Virus record (IMG/VR): IMGVR_UViG_3300015050_000788
Location: 1-28,368 of that record
Origin: a virus
Taxonomy: Duplodnaviria; Caudoviricetes
Reading direction: 5' to 3' (one strand)
Length of the DNA: 28,368 bases
Numbering within the stretch: the first letter of the stretch is position 1; every line of letters starts with the position of its first letter. The position numbers were made by a program, and so were the translations under genes. The notes under the pieces were generated by a model. It was given only the letters and a program-made list of their open reading frames with translations. It was not told the origin of the DNA and made no database searches. This document shows positions 23,455 to 28,368 of this stretch, piece after piece.

Positions 23455-25529
23455 AAGTCGCCCCGCCGCGCTCAACCATTGAGCTACCGTCAGTCTTCAC
23501 CGGCGCAAAGCCTCCGGTCACATCAACCTCGAACGCCGCGCTCGTTAGTGCCGCCCGGGCGCGCGCTAAACAAGTCGTAGAATTCGCAAAGACCTCGCGC
23601 TTCTCTGGCTGGGAAGACATGCAGTTGAAGTTCAACGTCTATGTTCCACCGAACTTCACCGCTCAGCCATATAGCTATATGGCCGTGCTCGGCTGGGCCG
23701 CGTGGTATGAGAAGAACGCCGCGAAACAAGTCCTCGAACCAGACGAAGTAACGTCCAAAATTCACTATCCAAAAGACCTCGCCGAGGTCGTCTGCGGCGC
23801 ATATACACTCCGCCCGCGCCAACGTAAGGCGCGCTGGCAAATCCTCGACGAGCTAATCGTCCGCGGTCATCATGACGCAGTGCTGTGTCCGATGAATACC
23901 GGCTCGGGTAAGACCATCGTCGCGGCGAGTATCATTCAAGAGTTCCAAAGGAGTTCATACTTTAACTTGGGTAATAAGTTCAAACTCTGGAACATCATCT
24001 ACATCGTACCAAAAGCAGTCCAAATCAAAACTATTAGAGCGCTAATCAAAGCGGGCATCACCGGGATTGGCTCCGACGTACACGTCATACCATACACCGG
24101 TCTGCGGAGCAAAGAGTTCAAGAACCTGTTCTCCGAGCGACAAGTAACTAACCCGTACAACGGAGAACTTCAGACAGTCTATGACTTCAAGATGGGCGAG
24201 CCCGCGCTAGTCATTCTGGACGAGTGTCACCGCGCGTCTAATCCCGAGGCACTAACCTCGCGCTACATCAAAGCCTTTATCTCCCCGCGGACTAAGTTCT
24301 TGTTCATGTCCGCGACTCCGGCAATTGTGCCCGAGGACTTGCGTCTATTTGCCCTCGCGTCCGGTCATAAGTTCAACGGCGAACGCATTGACGATGTGAA
24401 CTGGGGCGCGTTCGTCTCAGTCCGCGCGAACGCTAATCGTTTCGCAGTCAATCACGCCGCAATCACGCGTGTCTTTGACACGTTTGGCACGGCCATCGTT
24501 GATCCGCCCGCAGACCCGCGCAAGGTCAAGTCATACAACGGCGTCAAGCTAATCAACTTCCGCAGCGAGCGTGACAAACGGATGTATGAGAACGCACAGC
24601 AAGCATGGCTTGAGAAGTGTGAAAAGTTCGGACAATCACCGTCCGAGCGTGGCCAGATCCTCGTTGCGTTCACTAACTTCCGGCGCGCCGCGGAACTAAT
24701 CGCCGTGGACCAAGTCGTCGAAGCATGTCTCGTTGAGCACGCCGCCGGACGCGCACCGATTATGGCCGTGTGTTACAAGCAGACAGTTCGCGCCGCCGTC
24801 GCGGAGTTCGCCAAGCGTGGCATTCCGCGCAGCAAGATCTCAATCATCTGGGGCGGCGACCCCGAAATTAAGGAATCCGATGTCATACCATTGCTCGACT
24901 GGGTAACGTTACGGTCGGAGGTTGAACAACCAGGTTATGTTTGGTCCGACAGAAAACTCCGCGCGAAGTATAACAAGTCCACGCGCTACCATCAGTCGCG
25001 CCTGACCAACGAGCGCACAGTCGATGAACAGCGCGAGCTTGACCGCTGGACTTCGACCATGAAACTCCACGATCAGACACCGGAGCAACGTCAAGACGAG
25101 ATCGACAACTTCCAAGAAGGCCGCACCGAATTTTGCATATTCACCTTGTCGGCGGGCGGAACGGGCATTGATCTCGACCAACAGATCGAGCGCGCCCGGC
25201 CGCGGACTATGTTCGCCATGCCGTGCTATTATGCCGAGGAATTTGTTCAAGCGTTCGGCCGCGCTTATCGCGAGTTCACACTCACGGACGTGTATCAGTG
25301 GGTCGTACTGTTTAACGGAACTATTGTCACCAATCATGTCGCGCCGCGGCTCGCGAAGAAGATTGCGTGCATTAACAAAACCACTAGGAGTGGATTGGAG
25401 TTAGAGAACGAACTGTTCGAAGCGGCCAAGCGCGGTAAGCTTGTGAACGAACCGATCGCCGCCGCGCCGGAAGTTGAAGTGTCGGAAGATACTGTTGTTG
25501 AAGATGATGAAGATGAAGACGAAGAGTAA
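23451..25529 (+). CDS. Superfamily 2 (DExH) helicase
   Basis: MNTGSGKT (motif I), VILDECH (II), MSATP (III), SAGGTGIDL (V), QAFGRAYR (VI); acidic tail. Confidence 0.9.
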   Translation: MKVAPPRSTIELPSVFTGAKPPVTSTSNAALVSAARARAKQVVEFAKTSRFSGWEDMQLKFNVYVPPNFTAQPYSYMAVLGWAAWYEKNAAKQVLEPDEVTSKIHYPKDLAEVVCGAYTLRPRQRKARWQILDELIVRGHHDAVLCPMNTGSGKTIVAASIIQEFQRSSYFNLGNKFKLWNIIYIVPKAVQIKTIRALIKAGITGIGSDVHVIPYTGLRSKEFKNLFSERQVTNPYNGELQTVYDFKMGEPALVILDECHRASNPEALTSRYIKAFISPRTKFLFMSATPAIVPEDLRLFALASGHKFNGERIDDVNWGAFVSVRANANRFAVNHAAITRVFDTFGTAIVDPPADPRKVKSYNGVKLINFRSERDKRMYENAQQAWLEKCEKFGQSPSERGQILVAFTNFRRAAELIAVDQVVEACLVEHAAGRAPIMAVCYKQTVRAAVAEFAKRGIPRSKISIIWGGDPEIKESDVIPLLDWVTLRSEVEQPGYVWSDRKLRAKYNKSTRYHQSRLTNERTVDEQRELDRWTSTMKLHDQTPEQRQDEIDNFQEGRTEFCIFTLSAGGTGIDLDQQIERARPRTMFAMPCYYAEEFVQAFGRAYREFTLTDVYQWVVLFNGTIVTNHVAPRLAKKIACINKTTRSGLELENELFEAAKRGKLVNEPIAAAPEVEVSEDTVVEDDEDEDEE

Positions 25530-25531
25530 TT

Positions 25532-26374
25532 ATGAAAATCGCCCCACCATCTCCCGCCGCAATTACCGCGGGCATAACTGAAATCTCTGCGCGCCGCGGC
25601 TTCGTTGTCGCAGCCACGGAGAAACAAACCTCCGCGCAGGAGTTCGTCACATACGACTCCGACATGCTAGCGGTCCTGCGCAATGCCGAACTTCTCGCCG
25701 AGTATAAGTTTCCCGTCCTTATCCTCGGAGAGTCAGGCACCGGTAAGGAACTCCTCGCGCGTGTCCTTCATGGCAACCGTAACACTATCGCAAGTATCTC
25801 GGCGCGGATGAAGCTCGACTTGTTCTACGCAATCAACTGCTCCGGCATACCAGAAACCCTATTCGAGAGTCTCCTTTTTGGTCACAAGTCCGGCTCGTTT
25901 ACCGGCGCCGAGGGAGACGAACTAGGGCTACTCCGCGCGGCACATAACGGCACCGCCTTTCTCGATGAGGTCGGTGACCTCCCGCCATCTCAACAAACCA
26001 AACTCCTCCGCGTGATCCAGACCGGACGAGTCCGCCCAGTCGGTGACACGACTGAGTATCCTATCAATTGTCGGTTCGTATTCGCTACGAACAAAGACCT
26101 TAAGGCCATGTCTCTTAAAGGTACGTTCCGAGAGGATCTCTACTATCGTATCTCCACCTTTGTTCTCCGCACCAAACCGTTGCGCGACCGAGAGTGCGAT
26201 GTTAAACCAATCGCCGCGCGGATTGCACAGCGGCATAAACTAACACCTTTGGACGACTCGATGTCCATTCCCCCGGCGGCGTATAACCGTGGCAATGTCC
26301 GCTCGTTAGAGAACTGGATGTTGCGGCGAGAACTACTTGGATTATCTGATGATGAAGCTTTAATTGATCTATGA
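25532..26374 (+). CDS. sigma54-dependent activator (bEBP) AAA+ domain-only protein
   Basis: PVLILGESGTGKELLAR, INC, ESLLFGHKSGSFTGA, GTAFLDEVG, QTKLLRVIQ, ATNKDL, FREDLYYRI, PLRDR, GNVRSLEN; no receiver domain and no C-terminal HTH. Confidence 0.95.
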   Translation: MKIAPPSPAAITAGITEISARRGFVVAATEKQTSAQEFVTYDSDMLAVLRNAELLAEYKFPVLILGESGTGKELLARVLHGNRNTIASISARMKLDLFYAINCSGIPETLFESLLFGHKSGSFTGAEGDELGLLRAAHNGTAFLDEVGDLPPSQQTKLLRVIQTGRVRPVGDTTEYPINCRFVFATNKDLKAMSLKGTFREDLYYRISTFVLRTKPLRDRECDVKPIAARIAQRHKLTPLDDSMSIPPAAYNRGNVRSLENWMLRRELLGLSDDEALIDL

Positions 26375-27006
26375 AAATCGCCCCACCCGGCAGTAACGTT
26401 CCGCCGCGCAAACCAATCTTGCGCGCGCCAATCCCATACTATAACGCGCGCGCCGCCGCAGAGTTCTGGTCGATGTTAGAGACATGGCGCGCGGGCGGCT
26501 GCCAAAGACTAAGCTTCTCACCAGAAGCCACAGGAGATCCCGAGAATACGTTAAGGTCAAAGTTGTATAACCCCTTGCGTTGGCTCAAAGAGAACGGCGC
26601 GCCAGAACAACAAAACCTCGCCAACACCTTGTCGTGGACCAAGATTGGATTTGAGTTTGTCCTCACCGTCAAGCGCCCAAAGATAGCCGGCACGTATGAC
26701 CAAGCCATATTCCGCGCGGAAAGTACGCCAGCTGAGATGAACATACCAAGCAACACAAGCTCGGCCTATCGTGAGGTCGAGCGCGACGTGATTAAGTTCA
26801 TGGAATCTAATCCGTATGATGGTACCACCGCGACGCGGCCAGTCTTCGAGGTCACCGGCGTATTCCTAACTGAAACTATGGCAAAAGAACTAGAGGATCT
26901 CGTCAAAGAATATGGCGGTTTCATTCCGCTCGTTCGCGCCGGGCACCGCGGATCGGTGCGAGTGATACCTTGCAGTGAAGATGAGATGAAAGGATTGAAA
27001 GTATGA
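26371..27006 (+). CDS. Hypothetical protein with MKIAPP N-terminus
   Basis: 211 aa, ATGA-coupled to the activator. Confidence 0.75.
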   Translation: MKIAPPGSNVPPRKPILRAPIPYYNARAAAEFWSMLETWRAGGCQRLSFSPEATGDPENTLRSKLYNPLRWLKENGAPEQQNLANTLSWTKIGFEFVLTVKRPKIAGTYDQAIFRAESTPAEMNIPSNTSSAYREVERDVIKFMESNPYDGTTATRPVFEVTGVFLTETMAKELEDLVKEYGGFIPLVRAGHRGSVRVIPCSEDEMKGLKV

Positions 27007-27227
27007 CCCCCGCAGAAATCCTCGGCTGGCCCACAGCCGACATCGAGAAACTATCTGACGTAGACATCGAGCGCATACTCGCTCCGATGTTTCCGCACAC
27101 TCGCCCCGCGACGCCCGCGCCGGCGTTGACTATGCTCGGCGACAAGATCTTTGGCGACATGTCGCCTGAGATGCTCGCTAAGATTGAAGCTTTGAAACCT
27201 AAACCTGTTAAGTTTGGAAAGAAATAA
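27003..27227 (+). CDS. Hypothetical protein
   Basis: ATGA-coupled, 74 aa. Confidence 0.65.
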   Translation: MTPAEILGWPTADIEKLSDVDIERILAPMFPHTRPATPAPALTMLGDKIFGDMSPEMLAKIEALKPKPVKFGKK

Positions 27228-27228
27228 T

Positions 27229-28122
27229 ATGGAACTTACGTTTACAGAAGAACTCCCGCCCGGCGCAATCCCAATCTACGTTGACGCCTCGCTAATGAAA
27301 AAGAGCGGGTGTCAACTAGCCTTCAGCCTGACACTCAAAGGACTACGCAAAATCATAGACGATCCCATTCTCACCCTCGGCAAAGCGGTCCATAAGTTCG
27401 CCGAAGTCGCTTGGGAAAATGACCTTCAAGCTCTCGCCGCGGGGCGAGATGTTATGGTCGATGCCAAGCTAGACGCCGCGGAGTTCATTAGCGTAGCAAG
27501 CACGCGCCCGGCCGGTGTAATTCCTAAACCTCTCGTCGTTAATGGCCGCGCGGGCACGGAGTTCTACTTCGAGACGCCGTGGTTAACCTTCGTCTATAAA
27601 GGCCTTACCTATGTAATCATCATTTGCGGAACGATAGACCATGTCTCGTTTGTCAACGGCGTCATGCGCCTGTACGACTACAAGACCACGCGCTACTACA
27701 AAATTCAAGACGCTCTATCCAAGTACAAGTACGAGATGCAGTTTACCTTCTACGCCTGGGCGCTCTGGAAGTTCGGACACAAATTTTTCCCACTTGAAAT
27801 TCATAACGCAATCCGTGACCTCAAGTTAACCTTTAGTGTCGTTGTTATCCAGATCAAAACCAAGCCGCCGAAGTGGACTATCAGTTCGCCGCAGGGATTC
27901 ATTCAGTCAGACCTGGAGAACTTCGAGAACGAACTAAAGAAATCCCTGCTCTCCAACTTGTTGCCATACTTAGATGGAGAGTCCGCCTCCAACGGTCGTA
28001 TCTCTAACGCCTGCGCACAGTGCAACTTCGCCGAGCTATGTTATTGCTCGCCGGGTATGGAAGATGCTCTCATTGCTAGCCTCTATACACAGAAACAATA
28101 CACACCTAAATCGCACACTTAA
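27229..28122 (+). CDS. PD-(D/E)XK nuclease, Cas4/AddB-like
   Basis: G..VH, GTIDHV...LYDYKT, QFTFY; one N-terminal Cys plus C-terminal CAQC.....C (Fe-S staple pattern). ATG at 27229 preferred. Confidence 0.85.
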   Translation: MELTFTEELPPGAIPIYVDASLMKKSGCQLAFSLTLKGLRKIIDDPILTLGKAVHKFAEVAWENDLQALAAGRDVMVDAKLDAAEFISVASTRPAGVIPKPLVVNGRAGTEFYFETPWLTFVYKGLTYVIIICGTIDHVSFVNGVMRLYDYKTTRYYKIQDALSKYKYEMQFTFYAWALWKFGHKFFPLEIHNAIRDLKLTFSVVVIQIKTKPPKWTISSPQGFIQSDLENFENELKKSLLSNLLPYLDGESASNGRISNACAQCNFAELCYCSPGMEDALIASLYTQKQYTPKSHT

Positions 28123-28368
28123 ATGGAACCTCCCAAAATAGAATTCCCCAAACCAATCATCTGTATCATCGGCGACTCCGGCACAGGCAAGTCAACCTCG
28201 CTGCGCAACATGCCGTGGAACGACACTAAATTTATAGATGTCGAGCGGAAGGGACTTCCGTTTGACAGTAAGCCCATCGTTGACTATTCCGCGCCGGACT
28301 CTAGCGCGAAGGTCATTCAGGCAATGATCGCCGCCAAGAGCGCGAAGAAACGCTACTGCGTCATCGAC
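28123..28368 (+). CDS. AAA-family P-loop ATPase (AAA_24 / Sak4-like), runs off the window
   Basis: MEPPKIEFPKPIICIIGDSGTGKSTSLRNM...FIDVERKGLPF...YCVID. Confidence 0.8.
   Translation, partial: MEPPKIEFPKPIICIIGDSGTGKSTSLRNMPWNDTKFIDVERKGLPFDSKPIVDYSAPDSSAKVIQAMIAAKSAKKRYCVID

Noticed and set aside
27229-28122. Cas4-like gene as evidence of a CRISPR system
   Set aside because: No repeat-spacer array or other cas genes; stand-alone Cas4-like nucleases next to AAA ATPases are common in phage recombination modules.
1-28368. Stop-codon reassignment
   Set aside because: Long genes are intact under the standard code, TAA, TGA and TAG all end ORFs, and no suppressor anticodon is evident.

Overview
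Fragment of a tailed dsDNA phage (Caudoviricetes) genome with two divergent arms. The minus-strand arm (1-13360) is a virion module: terminase small and large subunits, portal, scaffold-like protein, major capsid protein, a signal-peptide-bearing partner gene, two fibres with T4 gp9/gp10-like N-termini, a LamG-like protein and a tailspike. The plus-strand arm (14150-28368) carries many small early-type ORFs, a pyrimidine-dimer glycosylase-like gene, a GT2 glycosyltransferase, an SF2 helicase, a sigma54-activator AAA+ protein, a Cas4-like nuclease and an AAA ATPase. The main signal is an apparent phage sigma54 transcription system. Eight GG-N10-GC (-24/-12) promoter motifs sit at the starts of transcription units, and the phage encodes its own enhancer-binding protein that lacks both sensor and HTH domains. 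Those promoters drive several long, densely base-paired non-coding regions, including a tRNA-like molecule with a 103-nt central insert. Also notable: a shared MK(I/V)APP N-terminus on three consecutive unrelated proteins, Sec-type signal peptides on two virion-module proteins, and a ten-run G-tract inside terS. All calls come from reading the sequence by eye; no searches or folding programs were run.
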